From IMG/VR virus record IMGVR_UViG_3300027797_000014: a DNA stretch of 55,085 nucleotides; one strand, 5' to 3'. Each line of letters opens with the position of its first letter. Within the stretch, counting starts at the first letter, position 1. The notes beneath the pieces were generated by a model, which made no database searches, was not told the origin of the DNA, and was given only the letters and a program-made list of their open reading frames with translations. The stretch comes from an uncultured virus (IMG/VR IMGVR_UViG_3300027797_000014). Lineage: Duplodnaviria > Heunggongvirae > Uroviricota > Caudoviricetes. Position numbers and translations under genes: made by a program. Below are positions 34,696 to 45,604 of the stretch, piece after piece.

Positions 34696-35994
34696 ATGAG
34701 TACCAAAAACAACACAATGAGTAGTAACGTAGAGACTTTAGATATTGACCTGGATACAATATTCAATGCAGCACCTAGCGGTGATGACATGACTTTGCCA
34801 TCTGGAAAAGATACTAAAGCTACAAACAACATTTTTTCAGGACTAAATAAAAAAGCAGATTTTTCATTTGCTGATCCAGATGCAGATGATGCAGATGATT
34901 TAACTGATAAAGGTAAAACTCCATCATCAAGTGCAGATCTTCTTGCAGATGATGATGATAACATCACACCTAAAACAACCAAAGAAGACAGTAAAAGTAT
35001 TCTTGATGGTTTAGGTGATGAAGATGATGAGGAAAAAAAAGAAACTAGAGGTAGAAAATCTATTTCTGGAATTTCAGATGTTTTCTCAAAAATGATTAAA
35101 GAAGATAAATTAGTACCTTTTGATGATGAAAAATCTTTTGATGAATATACAGCAAAAGATTGGGAAGAATTAATTGAAGCTAATTTGGAGGAAAAGGCTA
35201 ATCAAGTAAGACGTGAAACACCTAAACAGTTTTTTGCTAGCTTACCTGAAGAGTTACAAATTGCAGCAAGATACGTGGCAGATGGTGGTACTGACTTAAA
35301 AGGTTTGTTTTCCACTTTGGGTCAAGTAGAAGAAACTAAAGATTTAGATATTAAATCTGAAAGAGATCAGGAGATTATCATTAAAGAGTATTTAAATGCT
35401 ACTGGTTATGGTACTTCTGATGAGATTGCTGAAGAGATTGAAATTTGGAAAGATTTAGGAAAGCTTGAACAACAAGCTGCTAAATTCAAACCAAAGTTGG
35501 ATAAGATGGCAGAGCAAATTGTTATCAAGAAAGTGCAAGAGCAACAACTAAAACAAAAACAACAAGAACAAGCATCTAAAGCTTATATGCAAAATGTATA
35601 TGATACTTTAAAAGATGGCAACTTGGGAGATATTAAAGTTGATAGAAAAACTCAAGCAATGTTGTATAATGGTTTAGTTCAACCAAGTTATCCTTCAGTA
35701 AGTGGAAGAAATACAAATCTATTAGGTCACCTATTAGAGAAGTATCAATTTGTAGAACCAAATTATAAATTAATATCAGAAGCATTATGGTTATTGCAAG
35801 ATCCAGAAGGATACAAAGCAAAGATCATGGACAAAGGAGCTCAACAAAGCATTGAGCAAACAGTAAGGAAACTAAAAACAGAACAGGGTAATCATAGTTC
35901 AAGTTCTCTTGGTATTCAAGATAAAGATGAAGAAACAAGAAAACAACCAACTAAAAAGTTACCTAGAACCAACAACATTTTCAAACGGATTTAA
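34696..35994 (+). CDS. Putative scaffolding protein
   Basis: Acidic disordered N-terminus, coiled-coil C-terminus, lies between portal and MCP. Confidence 0.65.
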   Translation: MSTKNNTMSSNVETLDIDLDTIFNAAPSGDDMTLPSGKDTKATNNIFSGLNKKADFSFADPDADDADDLTDKGKTPSSSADLLADDDDNITPKTTKEDSKSILDGLGDEDDEEKKETRGRKSISGISDVFSKMIKEDKLVPFDDEKSFDEYTAKDWEELIEANLEEKANQVRRETPKQFFASLPEELQIAARYVADGGTDLKGLFSTLGQVEETKDLDIKSERDQEIIIKEYLNATGYGTSDEIAEEIEIWKDLGKLEQQAAKFKPKLDKMAEQIVIKKVQEQQLKQKQQEQASKAYMQNVYDTLKDGNLGDIKVDRKTQAMLYNGLVQPSYPSVSGRNTNLLGHLLEKYQFVEPNYKLISEALWLLQDPEGYKAKIMDKGAQQSIEQTVRKLKTEQGNHSSSSLGIQDKDEETRKQPTKKLPRTNNIFKRI

Positions 35995-36041
35995 CAATCA
36001 AAAATATAAACAATTAATAATTTAAAAAACAAGTAAAAATT

Positions 36042-37658
36042 ATGGCAACTCCAGTATTAAATAATGGGATTTTCCTAAGAGACACTAGCTACAAAGCAAG
36101 TTCTCATGTTGATTCTTATCACTTAACCCAAATGCTAGGTTCAGCAGAACCTATGGATATGGGACCAATTGATTTGTGGGCAATGACTCAAAAAGTTGAA
36201 ATGCCTCTTTATCAAATGGCTTCATTCGGTGGAAAGAATACTATCATGGTGGACAATGCACGTGGTGAGTACAAATGGCAAACTCCTATTGCGCAAGATC
36301 TTCCCTACATTGTGGCAGACATTGAACCAGCTAATGCCACTAAAGGTGTAGATGGAACAACATTCAAAATTAAAATTTCTAAAAGAACATTTGGACATGG
36401 TGATATTATCACTTATGACAAGTACAATGGATTAGAACTTTACATCACAGCTGATGATATCATCCCTGCTGGTGACGGTTTTATTTACACAGTTCAATTA
36501 GTAAACAACAACAACGTAGCTAGCTTAGACAATAAGTATTTAGCTAAAGGTACTAAATTCTTCAGAAAAGGTTCTGCAAGAGGTGAGTACGGAGAAAGAT
36601 TCTCTGACATTGAAACAGGTTCTGGTTTCCGTGAGTTCTACAACTTTGTAGGAGGAGCTGAAGCACACGTACATTATTCTATTTCTAGCCGTGCTGATCT
36701 TATGATCAAAGGTGGTTTGAATGCAGATGGTACTGTACCTGTAACTGAAATCTGGAGAAACTTTGGTGCTAACAATGATCCTGCTGTACCTAGTATTGAA
36801 GGATTAATTGCTAACATGGGTAAAGCTGGTGCAAGAGAAGCATTTGAAAATGGTTCATTGACTAGAACATTTATCACTAACATGGAAGCTGCGCATTTAT
36901 CAAAAATTGCTTCTGACATTGAAACTTACTTAATGTGGGGTAAAGGTGGTAGAATCAAACAAGATGGTCCAGATGATATTAGATTATCTGTGGGATTATG
37001 GGCACAGTTGGATAACTCATTCAAAAGAGTTTATAACAAGTCTTCTTTCACACTTGATATGTTTAAATCTGAATTGTATAACTTCTACCAAGGTAAAGTT
37101 GAGTTCAAAGGTCCAGATCCACAAAGATCACTTGTTGTTCAAACAGGTATTGGTGGTATGCAATTGATCAACAAAGCTATTGCTGATGAAGTATATGGTT
37201 CTGGCTTAGTACAAAATGCTAGTGACATTGGAGCTGTTAAAGGTTCTGGAATGGATCTAGATTATGGATTTGCTTACACTTCATTTACTATTCCTTTCTT
37301 AGCTAACGTTAAGTTTGTATTGAACCCAGCGTTTGATAACTTGAATACTAATGATATTGAGAATCCATTAATTGATGGCCGTCCATTAAGTTCTTACAGC
37401 TTTATTATCTTTGACGTAACAGATGAAGGAAATGATAACATCCATTTATTGAAATTATCTTGGGATAATCAATTGAAGTGGTTCTACCAAAACGGAACTA
37501 TGGATTACATGGGAAGAACTCAAGGTTTTGCATCTACTGGTAACTTTAACGGATACCGTGTAATGATGTCACAAACTATGCCTGCTATCTGGGTTAAAGA
37601 TCCAACTAAAGTCTTGAAAATTGTAATGAGAAACCCAATCACTGGTGGATCATTCTAA
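36042..37658 (+). CDS. Major capsid protein
   Basis: 538 aa, strongly biased codons, EYKW, LMWGK, GLWAQL, IWVKDPTK; strong terminator follows. Confidence 0.88.
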   Translation: MATPVLNNGIFLRDTSYKASSHVDSYHLTQMLGSAEPMDMGPIDLWAMTQKVEMPLYQMASFGGKNTIMVDNARGEYKWQTPIAQDLPYIVADIEPANATKGVDGTTFKIKISKRTFGHGDIITYDKYNGLELYITADDIIPAGDGFIYTVQLVNNNNVASLDNKYLAKGTKFFRKGSARGEYGERFSDIETGSGFREFYNFVGGAEAHVHYSISSRADLMIKGGLNADGTVPVTEIWRNFGANNDPAVPSIEGLIANMGKAGAREAFENGSLTRTFITNMEAAHLSKIASDIETYLMWGKGGRIKQDGPDDIRLSVGLWAQLDNSFKRVYNKSSFTLDMFKSELYNFYQGKVEFKGPDPQRSLVVQTGIGGMQLINKAIADEVYGSGLVQNASDIGAVKGSGMDLDYGFAYTSFTIPFLANVKFVLNPAFDNLNTNDIENPLIDGRPLSSYSFIIFDVTDEGNDNIHLLKLSWDNQLKWFYQNGTMDYMGRTQGFASTGNFNGYRVMMSQTMPAIWVKDPTKVLKIVMRNPITGGSF

Positions 37659-37675
37659 TAATCAATAATTAAAAC

Positions 37676-37704
37676 GGGAGGGGTTAACGCTCCTCCCTTT
37701 TTTT
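37676..37704 (+). terminator. Intrinsic terminator after MCP
   Basis: gggagggg...ctcctccc plus T7. Confidence 0.85.
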
Positions 37705-37725
37705 AATCTTTAAAATATAAATAAC

Positions 37726-37926
37726 ATGGCACTAGATATAAAAAAAGCAAACAAAACATATGAGTTTTCAAACTTAAGTGTTTCTGAGATAGTAGCTTCA
37801 AAAGCTGTAGGTAAAGATATATTGATTAGAAATTATGCTGATAATACTGCAGCAAAAGCAGCAGGATTAGCTAATGGAGATTTGTATCATACAGCAGGAG
37901 CATTGAAAATTGTTTATACACCATAA
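37726..37926 (+). CDS. Small head fibre/decoration-like protein
   Basis: YADNTAAKAAGLANGDLYHTAGALKIV fibre-type motif. Confidence 0.6.
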   Translation: MALDIKKANKTYEFSNLSVSEIVASKAVGKDILIRNYADNTAAKAAGLANGDLYHTAGALKIVYTP

Positions 37927-37986
37927 GTCAAATAAACTAGAGTAAGAATAAAAAACTTACTTTAGAAATATTAGTAATAATAAATT

Positions 37987-38007
37987 GTACATAATTATGT
38001 ACTTTTG
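37987..38007 (+). promoter_or_regulatory. 16-bp palindrome overlapping a TACTTTTG -7 element
   Basis: GTACATAATTATGTAC at 37987-38002; TACTTTTG at 38000-38007. Confidence 0.55.
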
Positions 38008-38046
38008 ACAATGAAAAAACAATTATTAAATTTTAAAGAAAACCAA

Positions 38047-39066
38047 ATGATGAATGATTACACAATTGTAGAAAAGTATCAGCAAACAAAAAATCAAACT
38101 ATTGCTATACGCCCTTATTTTAACTCTTCAAAAGAGAATATGGGTTTAGAACATTACGGATTAGCTTTGCATGATGGAGTATTTCATGAAGAAACATTAG
38201 CTTGTTTAGAAATGAATGGTGTTAAACGTTATGTTACAGGATTAAATGAATTTGCTCCTGATGTAAAGATGTTACCTCCAAAAGAAAAAGAAGCTAAAGT
38301 AAAAGAGATTAGAAGTGTTGTTGCACAATTAGAAGCTGAATTAGCAGCTAATGTTGTTGCCGTTGATGACAAAGATTTTTGGAATAAGCTTACAGTAATG
38401 AAGCCTGATAATTCAAAATTTTGGGATAAGATTAGTCTAAGATGTGGTAATGATCCTGTATTTTTGGATCCACAAAAAGATCCTTATGACTTAATTAAAT
38501 TACACGCTATTCATGCAGGAGGTTTTTCTATTGTAGCAAAATCATTGAGAGAAGCAAGAGAATCAGGTAATCCACCTAAATTCTATCTTGATACAATGGA
38601 AGAAACATTAAGTACTAGAACAGAACTTAGTAAATTAAAAAATAAAGCATTAGTTGAACTACAAAAAATGTATGATTCAAATGCTTCAAAATTAATGTAC
38701 GTTGCTAAAATCTGTGATGCTGATAGTGTACAGTATGTAAAAAATACACCTAATGATATTCTTTATGAAAACATGGATGAATACATTCATGGAAATGGAG
38801 CTGAATCTTCTAAGAAAAGAGCTGCTGCACAATTTTTAGAGATATCTGGGTTAACAATGGAAGAATTAAAAATAAGAGCTTTGATTAAAGACTCTTTATA
38901 TTATAGATTTATTACTACTAAAGCTGGAGGTTGGATTGAACCAATTGACAGTGGAATAAGATTAGGTAAGTCACCATCTGAATGTCTGGAATTTTTAAAG
39001 AATCCAGAGAATGAAGAAACATTGATGGCATTACTTAATAAAGTAGAGCCATACTGGAACTCATAA
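38047..39066 (+). CDS. Conserved crAss-like capsid-module protein
   Basis: ~340 aa gene after MCP (YVTGLNE, FWDKI, FLKNPEN); start probably MMNDY. Confidence 0.7.
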   Translation: MMNDYTIVEKYQQTKNQTIAIRPYFNSSKENMGLEHYGLALHDGVFHEETLACLEMNGVKRYVTGLNEFAPDVKMLPPKEKEAKVKEIRSVVAQLEAELAANVVAVDDKDFWNKLTVMKPDNSKFWDKISLRCGNDPVFLDPQKDPYDLIKLHAIHAGGFSIVAKSLREARESGNPPKFYLDTMEETLSTRTELSKLKNKALVELQKMYDSNASKLMYVAKICDADSVQYVKNTPNDILYENMDEYIHGNGAESSKKRAAAQFLEISGLTMEELKIRALIKDSLYYRFITTKAGGWIEPIDSGIRLGKSPSECLEFLKNPENEETLMALLNKVEPYWNS

Positions 39067-39076
39067 AAGATAAAAA

Positions 39077-39784
39077 ATGGATAATAATACGCTCTTAATT
39101 AAATTAAAGCAAAGACTAAATAAACTAGATAGCCAGGACTATGATAACATAGAATGCTGGCAATTTGTGGAAGCGTTTAATAAAGTACAGATAGACTGGT
39201 GTAGAAGAAATTTGCACGGAGGTAATATGTATAAAGAGGGTGATGAATTATCTAAAAGAAGAATTGATGATTTACAACCCCTGTTGAGAGAACTTACTTT
39301 AACGGGAGTTGTAACTGATAATTACTTTGAAACAAATAACTTTCCAGTAAGTACTTATTTAGAATACAAAAGAATAAGTACTGATGCTACAAGTGAATGT
39401 TGTCCTGATCCTAGATCAATGACAGTATATTTAGCTGAAGAAGCTAATGTATCTCTATTATTAAGAGATCCATTAAAGGATCCAAACTTTGAATGGGGTG
39501 AAACATTTTGCACAATGCTAGGAAATAAGATTAGAATCTATAGAAAACCAGATTTTAATATTGTAAATCCTGTTTTGACTTACTATCAAAAACCTGTGTA
39601 TATACAAATACTAGGATGTGTTGATCCATATACTGGTGTAGTTAGTACAGTAAATATACCTTGTCAGTTTAAAGATGATGTTGTTGAGGTATTATTAGAT
39701 GATACAGCTTCACTTATTGCAGGAGATATAGAGAACATTTATCAACAACAAAGGGGCCAAGGTTCTGCTGAAAGAAATAATTAA
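39077..39784 (+). CDS. Head-tail connector/ring protein
   Basis: LNKLDSQ...FNKVQ...E.SKRRIDDLQPL pattern of crAss-like ring proteins. Confidence 0.65.
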   Translation: MDNNTLLIKLKQRLNKLDSQDYDNIECWQFVEAFNKVQIDWCRRNLHGGNMYKEGDELSKRRIDDLQPLLRELTLTGVVTDNYFETNNFPVSTYLEYKRISTDATSECCPDPRSMTVYLAEEANVSLLLRDPLKDPNFEWGETFCTMLGNKIRIYRKPDFNIVNPVLTYYQKPVYIQILGCVDPYTGVVSTVNIPCQFKDDVVEVLLDDTASLIAGDIENIYQQQRGQGSAERNN

Positions 39785-39786
39785 TT

Positions 39787-40233
39787 ATGAGAGCATTAAA
39801 AACTACTAACACTGAAGAAAAAAGTGAAAAAACTTTAAAAAGACCCAATGCTGAATTAGGTCAAGAAACAGCTCAAGTGGTTACAGCTTTAATGAATGCA
39901 GCTACTAGTTTGCATAAATTACATTTACAACTTACTGGAGTTGGTTCATATGCACAACACATAGCTTTAAATGAGTTATATGATACAATGCATGGGCATG
40001 CAGATACATTAGCTGAAGGATTTCAAGGAGCATCAGAAACATTGTTAAAATATGAAAATGATGCACCTATAGTATTAAATAGTGTGAAAGAGGCTATTGT
40101 ATATTTAAGAGAATTAACTGAAGAAGTAGTAGAATTACAATCAATTATGCCTTATTCAGAAATTGTCAATAACTTAGATCTTGTAAAAGATTCAATTAAT
40201 TCAACAAAATATAAATTAATTTTCTTATCATAA
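39787..40233 (+). CDS. Ferritin/Dps-like four-helix protein
   Basis: LHKLHLQ...SYAQHIALNELYD......DTLAEGFQG...KYKL. Confidence 0.75.
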   Translation: MRALKTTNTEEKSEKTLKRPNAELGQETAQVVTALMNAATSLHKLHLQLTGVGSYAQHIALNELYDTMHGHADTLAEGFQGASETLLKYENDAPIVLNSVKEAIVYLRELTEEVVELQSIMPYSEIVNNLDLVKDSINSTKYKLIFLS

Positions 40234-40316
40234 TTGTAAATTAAAAACTTTTTCTTATATTATACATGTACACGTAGTACAAACTTATATATTTATAAAC
40301 AAAAAAAACAAAAATT

Positions 40317-41780
40317 ATGGCTTATTTTAATCATGCGTTTTACAAAACGTTTGTTGCTACATCAACCCAAGCGTCAGCTGGAGTAGCAACCTCAGCATTA
40401 ACTGCTGGACAGCTTGGTTTAGTTACTGATTCAACATGGCAAACTATTGCTGTGTCTAATGGTACTTTACCTGCTAACTCATTGGCTTATCTTGTACAAG
40501 GTAGCTATTACACTAAAGATACTATTGGAAACAATCCAGGTAACGGTGGTTACAAGGAATCTGTTAAATCAAAAGGTATCAATCCTAAGTTTATCTCAAG
40601 AGCATGGGTAACTAATTGTATAAGTGCAGTACAATCTACTGCTTCTTTATCATTAGCTTCTGATTGTGCTCCTTGTGGAAAAACTCAATTCATGAGAATG
40701 GATGTAAAGGGTTCTCCAACATTGCGTTTCTTAAATCATAATGCTTATTCTATTGGTGATAGTGCAAACATTTGCTGCATTGATGGACAAGCATTTTTAG
40801 ATCCTGCATTGGTTTCTGCTACTATGGCTCAAATGGTTCTTACTAATCCTTTAATTACTCCATTTGTTGCTGAAGGTGACGTTAATGGTGTATTGACTGC
40901 TACATTAGCTGGTGGTACTGGATATTCTGTTGCTTCTGGTGTTGCTACTACCGGTGGTTCTGGATCAGGTTTTAAAGTTAATATTTTAACTGTATCTTCT
41001 GGTGTTATTGCTACTTATAGTGTTGCTGCACGTGGTGCTGGATATGTAGTAGGTGATGTATTAACAGTTGCTGGTGGAACTGGTGGAACTTTAACAGTTA
41101 CTGCTCTTACTGCTGGTGGTGTTGTAGTTACTGCAACTACTGGTGCTGTAAGTGTACAAACTGTATACACTATTGCTCAAACTTTAGGTACAGCTGCTTC
41201 TGGAAACTATACTCCTTCAACTGATCCTAATGGTACAACCAAAGTTAGTGCTACAGTTAATTTTGTAGGAGCTTATGTTGATACTAAATTTGGTAACTGT
41301 TCATTTGATACTAGAGATCATTTTAACGCTGAACCTGTAGTTATCATTGCTTCTATTCTTGATGAAACTGGAAATCCATGTAATGATTGTGGTGTTGCTA
41401 CAAGCACTCCTGGTCAAATGCAACAAACTCAAGGTGAAAGTGTAATTAGAGATTTAATCTTATCTGAATCATACAGACAGTCTCCTTTTAACCAAGGAAA
41501 TACTGACAGTGCAAGAATCAGAGAGATTGAAATGTCTGATGAGCTTTTAGCTGCTGTTGATAGAGCTGCTACTTACAAAGCATACTATATTCAACATACT
41601 GTTCCAAGATTCAACAACCCAAGTGGTGTGTTTGATAATGATCAATATGTTTACCAAATCTATGTAAAATGTTCTGATACAACTGCTAACACAAATGTAT
41701 TGGCTTTGATGAACAGAGTAGTTGCTTTAGCAAATACTGCTGGTAATAACATTGCATTAGAAACTAATTCTTACTGGTAA
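40317..41780 (+). CDS. Structural protein (abundant virion protein)
   Basis: 487 aa, biased codons, own promoter motif and terminator, YYIQHTVPRFNNP. Confidence 0.7.
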   Translation: MAYFNHAFYKTFVATSTQASAGVATSALTAGQLGLVTDSTWQTIAVSNGTLPANSLAYLVQGSYYTKDTIGNNPGNGGYKESVKSKGINPKFISRAWVTNCISAVQSTASLSLASDCAPCGKTQFMRMDVKGSPTLRFLNHNAYSIGDSANICCIDGQAFLDPALVSATMAQMVLTNPLITPFVAEGDVNGVLTATLAGGTGYSVASGVATTGGSGSGFKVNILTVSSGVIATYSVAARGAGYVVGDVLTVAGGTGGTLTVTALTAGGVVVTATTGAVSVQTVYTIAQTLGTAASGNYTPSTDPNGTTKVSATVNFVGAYVDTKFGNCSFDTRDHFNAEPVVIIASILDETGNPCNDCGVATSTPGQMQQTQGESVIRDLILSESYRQSPFNQGNTDSARIREIEMSDELLAAVDRAATYKAYYIQHTVPRFNNPSGVFDNDQYVYQIYVKCSDTTANTNVLALMNRVVALANTAGNNIALETNSYW

Positions 41781-41815
41781 TCAATATACCTTAGAAAGGT
41801 TATTCTATTAAAATT

Positions 41816-41850
41816 AGAGTAGGGGGTAAAAACTCCTACTCTTTTTTTTT
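41816..41850 (+). terminator. Intrinsic terminator
   Basis: agagtagggg-gtaaaaa-ctcctactct plus T-run. Confidence 0.85.
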
Positions 41851-41907
41851 TCTTTGTTCTATTTTTTTTGTATATTATATATATAGTGCATCAAAACAAA
41901 TATAAAA

Positions 41908-42480
41908 ATGGCTGACAAACATATATTAAGCTTAGAAATACCCACAGTATCTAACTGTAATCTTTTATGTATTAAAGATACTAGTCAGTATTCTTCAGAA
42001 CTTGCTGTTGATTGTGAAGAATTGTTAATTACACTTCCCGGATTTACAGTACCTGTGTTGCTAAAAGTAACCAAAGGTTTTGATATGTGCTTAACTGCAT
42101 GTGCACTAGCAATACAAAAACTTAATTGTGGAACCCTTCAACAAGAGATCCCTGATGGAATTTATATTATTAGATATAGTGTTTCTCCTAATTCAAAAGT
42201 TTATGTTGAGTATAATCATTTAAGAGTAACTAGATTATTGACAAAATACTATCAAGTATTATGTGATTTAGATATTCAAGCGTGTCAACCTCAAGTATAC
42301 AAACAAGAACTTTTAGATGAAATGAGTTATATTAAAATTATGATTGATGCTGCTGTAGCTAATGTTGAATATTGTCAATCTCCAGCTCAAGGCATGCAGT
42401 TATATAATTATGCAAAAGATAGATTGAATAAAGTAATTTGTCCATCTGGAAATTGTGGTAGCAAAACATACCTATACTAA
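41908..42480 (+). CDS. Cys-rich virion (tail hub-like) protein
   Basis: 11 Cys in 190 aa; IPDGIYIIRYSV. Confidence 0.65.
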   Translation: MADKHILSLEIPTVSNCNLLCIKDTSQYSSELAVDCEELLITLPGFTVPVLLKVTKGFDMCLTACALAIQKLNCGTLQQEIPDGIYIIRYSVSPNSKVYVEYNHLRVTRLLTKYYQVLCDLDIQACQPQVYKQELLDEMSYIKIMIDAAVANVEYCQSPAQGMQLYNYAKDRLNKVICPSGNCGSKTYLY

Positions 42481-42535
42481 TGGTATATACTAATAGTATA
42501 TTATAGAGATTTAAATAAACCAAATATAAATTAAT

Positions 42536-42739
42536 ATGAATTGTGCAAATTGTAATACAACGTTTACCTGTGGTTGTCAAAAAGCATTTGATGATCTAGG
42601 AACAGCTATCTGTAAAACATGTGTAAATGAATGGGCTGAAAAAAAACTAAATGGTCAAGCATCTTCACAAATATTACCAACAAGAGATTTAAACTTAGAG
42701 CTAGCTGCTCAACAAATTAGAGATTTGAGAAATAAATAG
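42536..42739 (+). CDS. Small Cys-rich protein
   Basis: CANC..CGC..CKTC. Confidence 0.7.
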   Translation: MNCANCNTTFTCGCQKAFDDLGTAICKTCVNEWAEKKLNGQASSQILPTRDLNLELAAQQIRDLRNK

Positions 42740-42741
42740 AT

Positions 42742-43242
42742 ATGGAGCAAGCACTTGTTAAAAGAATTAAGACTGAGCAAAATTTTGCAGTACAGGCATA
42801 TACAAATTTTAAAGAAATTAAATTTGGTATAGAACCTTGTTGCTATGTTGATTTTGAAACAGCTACTTTAAATAAGTATTTATGTGATTGGCAAAATAGT
42901 GCTTCTAATAAGATAATTATTGATAGTGGTCAAGTAGGTATATTTATTGAACCATTAGCAATAGTAAATTTAGAAGCAAGCATGTCTTGCCCAGTTATTC
43001 CAACTAATGTTTGTACAATAATAGATCTTGAAAGTATTTTATGTGATACAGGAACATATATACACACACAAGCTGTGCCAATATCTGTTTGGGTTATAAC
43101 ACATAATATGGGTAGCTTTCCTTCAGTAACAGTAGTTGATAATTCAAATCAAGTTGTTGTTGGAGATATAGTTTACAATAGTTCCAACATGTTAACAATA
43201 ACATTCTCTACTGCTTTTGCGGGATTTGCATATTTAAATTAA
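42742..43242 (+). CDS. Tail fibre adaptor-like protein
   Basis: C-terminal WVITHNMG..PSVTVVD...LTITFS domain. Confidence 0.65.
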   Translation: MEQALVKRIKTEQNFAVQAYTNFKEIKFGIEPCCYVDFETATLNKYLCDWQNSASNKIIIDSGQVGIFIEPLAIVNLEASMSCPVIPTNVCTIIDLESILCDTGTYIHTQAVPISVWVITHNMGSFPSVTVVDNSNQVVVGDIVYNSSNMLTITFSTAFAGFAYLN

Positions 43243-43298
43243 AAACAAATAATAACAAACAAAAATAAATAACAACTTAAAAATTAAAAACAAAAATC

Positions 43299-45548
43299 AT
43301 GGCAATTAAATATTTAAATAGTATTAACCTCAATCAGAATGAACTCCAATTTGCAGTCATTCAGAATTTAGCCGTAGCACCTGCAACGGCCACGGAAGGT
43401 CAAATTTATTATGACACTGTAACAGATAAGTTACAGTTAAGAACAGCTAGTGCTTGGGTTCCTATTCTTTCTGGTACAGATACGAATACTACCTACACTT
43501 TGGCTACAGCTCCAACAGGAACTGCAATTAGATTAACAGGTAGTGATTCTACTACCAATGATGTTACTTTAACTGGTGCTGGTACAACTACTGTTACAAG
43601 AACTAGTGGTACGCAATTAACAATCACAACGGCAGATCAATATGTTGGTACAGTTACTTCAGTAAGTGCCGGTACAGGTATATCTGTTACTGGAACTGCT
43701 ACTGTAACTCCTACAGTTAACATTCTTTATGCTGGTGCATCCAATGCAATTTTAGCTGCTACTACTGCTACTCCAGTTGGTGCTGATACATTATGGTTCA
43801 GTGATGCTACAGATAGCACAATTAAGAAAGCTTTAATTTCATCTTTCCCAGGATTTGGTGCTGATGGTACTGTAACAAACGTTACTGGTGTTGCTTCTAC
43901 ATTTATTTCAACATCTATAGCTACTGCAACAACAACTCCTGCTATTACAGTAAGTTTAAGTGCAACAGGTACACCAAGTGCATCTACTTATTTAAGAGGT
44001 GATAATACATGGGCATCTGTTCCTGCTGGTTATGCTAGTTGGTCATTACAAGGTTCAGCGGGAACTACAGAAGTTATTTCAACTGGTGAAATTGTTAACT
44101 TTTTTGCTGGTGCCGGTATAACAACTACTGCTTCTAATTCATTAGGTGTTAATTATTTAAGTATTGTAAATACAGGTGTACTTGCACTTACTGCGGGTAC
44201 TAATGTAAGTATTACAGGTACTAATTCAAATTTAACTATTAATGCAACTGATCAATATCAAGGTACAGTAACTTCTATTACATTAGCTGCTGGATCAGGA
44301 ACTGGTACTGCAATTACATCAAGTGGTACATTTACATTTGCTGGTGGAACTGGAATTACAACTTCTGTAACTGGAACTACTGTAACTATTACTGCATCAA
44401 ATTTAGGTACTGTAACAAGTGTTGCTACAGGAACTGGTTTAACTGGTGGTACTATTACTGGTTCAGGTACTATTTCTGTTAACTATACTGGAGCAAGTAA
44501 CATTGTAGCTGCAGCTACTGCAGCTACAGGACTTGCTGTAGACTCAATCTTTATTCATAAAGTTGCAACAGGTAATGCATCTAAAGCATTAATTTCAGGT
44601 ATAACATTAAATCAATTTGGTGCACCAACTGCAGATTTAAGCATTGGTACATTTAAATTAACTAACGTTGTCAATCCAACATCTGCTCAAGATGCTGCTA
44701 CTAAAAACTATGTAGATACTACATTTGCTGGTTCAGGTGCCTTGATCTATCAAGGTGGTTACAACGCAAGTACAAATACACCTAACTTAGATAATACCCC
44801 TGTAATTACTATTAATAAAGGATTTACTTACACTGTTACAGTAGATGGTACTTTCTTTACAGAACAAGTTAGAGTAGGTGATTTGCTTATTGCAAACATT
44901 AACACTCCTACAGTATTAGCAGATTGGACAAGAGTTCAAAGTAATATTGATTTAGCTACTACAACTACTGTGGGTATTGCTAGTTTTGCTGCTGCAAGTT
45001 TTGCGGTAAGTGGTGCTGGTGAGGTTACTATTAAATCAGGTGGTGTTGTATTAGGTACACAGACTACCGGTTCTTATAACCCTACTGTTGGTACAAATTC
45101 AGGTATTGATATTGGAAATGCTGGTGCAGGTGGTGTTGTAGTGCTTAATACTGTTTCATTAACAAATGGTGTTATTACAGCATTTACTAGTGAGAACATT
45201 CAATCATCTACCACAGTAAATCCTGGTGTAATTTTAATTGCAAGTGATGCTGAAGCTACTGCAGGTTCAGTTACTACTAAAGCGGTTACTCCAGCACAAT
45301 TAATTTCTAATGCAACTACAGTAGCTAATACGGCTATAACAAGTAGAGAATTTAAACAATCTCTTGCTGCATCAGGACCTGTATTACATAACATGAACTC
45401 ATATGATGTTATGGTACAATTGTATGATTCAGTTACTTTTGAAACTGTTTATGCTGACGTAGTTAGAACAAACTCAAATACAGTTACTGTTACATTTAGT
45501 GCAGTTCCTGTAAATCAAGTTAAAGTATTAATTATCAAAATTGGATAA
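43299..45548 (+). CDS. Tail fibre protein
   Basis: T/G/A-rich, GTVTSV repeats, QDAATKNYVD. Confidence 0.85.
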   Translation: MAIKYLNSINLNQNELQFAVIQNLAVAPATATEGQIYYDTVTDKLQLRTASAWVPILSGTDTNTTYTLATAPTGTAIRLTGSDSTTNDVTLTGAGTTTVTRTSGTQLTITTADQYVGTVTSVSAGTGISVTGTATVTPTVNILYAGASNAILAATTATPVGADTLWFSDATDSTIKKALISSFPGFGADGTVTNVTGVASTFISTSIATATTTPAITVSLSATGTPSASTYLRGDNTWASVPAGYASWSLQGSAGTTEVISTGEIVNFFAGAGITTTASNSLGVNYLSIVNTGVLALTAGTNVSITGTNSNLTINATDQYQGTVTSITLAAGSGTGTAITSSGTFTFAGGTGITTSVTGTTVTITASNLGTVTSVATGTGLTGGTITGSGTISVNYTGASNIVAAATAATGLAVDSIFIHKVATGNASKALISGITLNQFGAPTADLSIGTFKLTNVVNPTSAQDAATKNYVDTTFAGSGALIYQGGYNASTNTPNLDNTPVITINKGFTYTVTVDGTFFTEQVRVGDLLIANINTPTVLADWTRVQSNIDLATTTTVGIASFAAASFAVSGAGEVTIKSGGVVLGTQTTGSYNPTVGTNSGIDIGNAGAGGVVVLNTVSLTNGVITAFTSENIQSSTTVNPGVILIASDAEATAGSVTTKAVTPAQLISNATTVANTAITSREFKQSLAASGPVLHNMNSYDVMVQLYDSVTFETVYADVVRTNSNTVTVTFSAVPVNQVKVLIIKIG

Positions 45549-45565
45549 TTAATCTTATTTATATA

Positions 45566-45604
45566 AAGGGGGGATTTCATAAATTCATGGCTTCCCCCTT
45601 TTTT
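45566..45604 (+). terminator. Intrinsic terminator
   Basis: aagggggga...ttccccctt plus T-run. Confidence 0.7.

Noticed and set aside
29581..37658. Introns or inteins in TerL, portal or MCP (also primase and helicases)
   Set aside because: The ORFs are continuous with expected motif spacing; no intein C...HN ends or LAGLIDADG motifs seen
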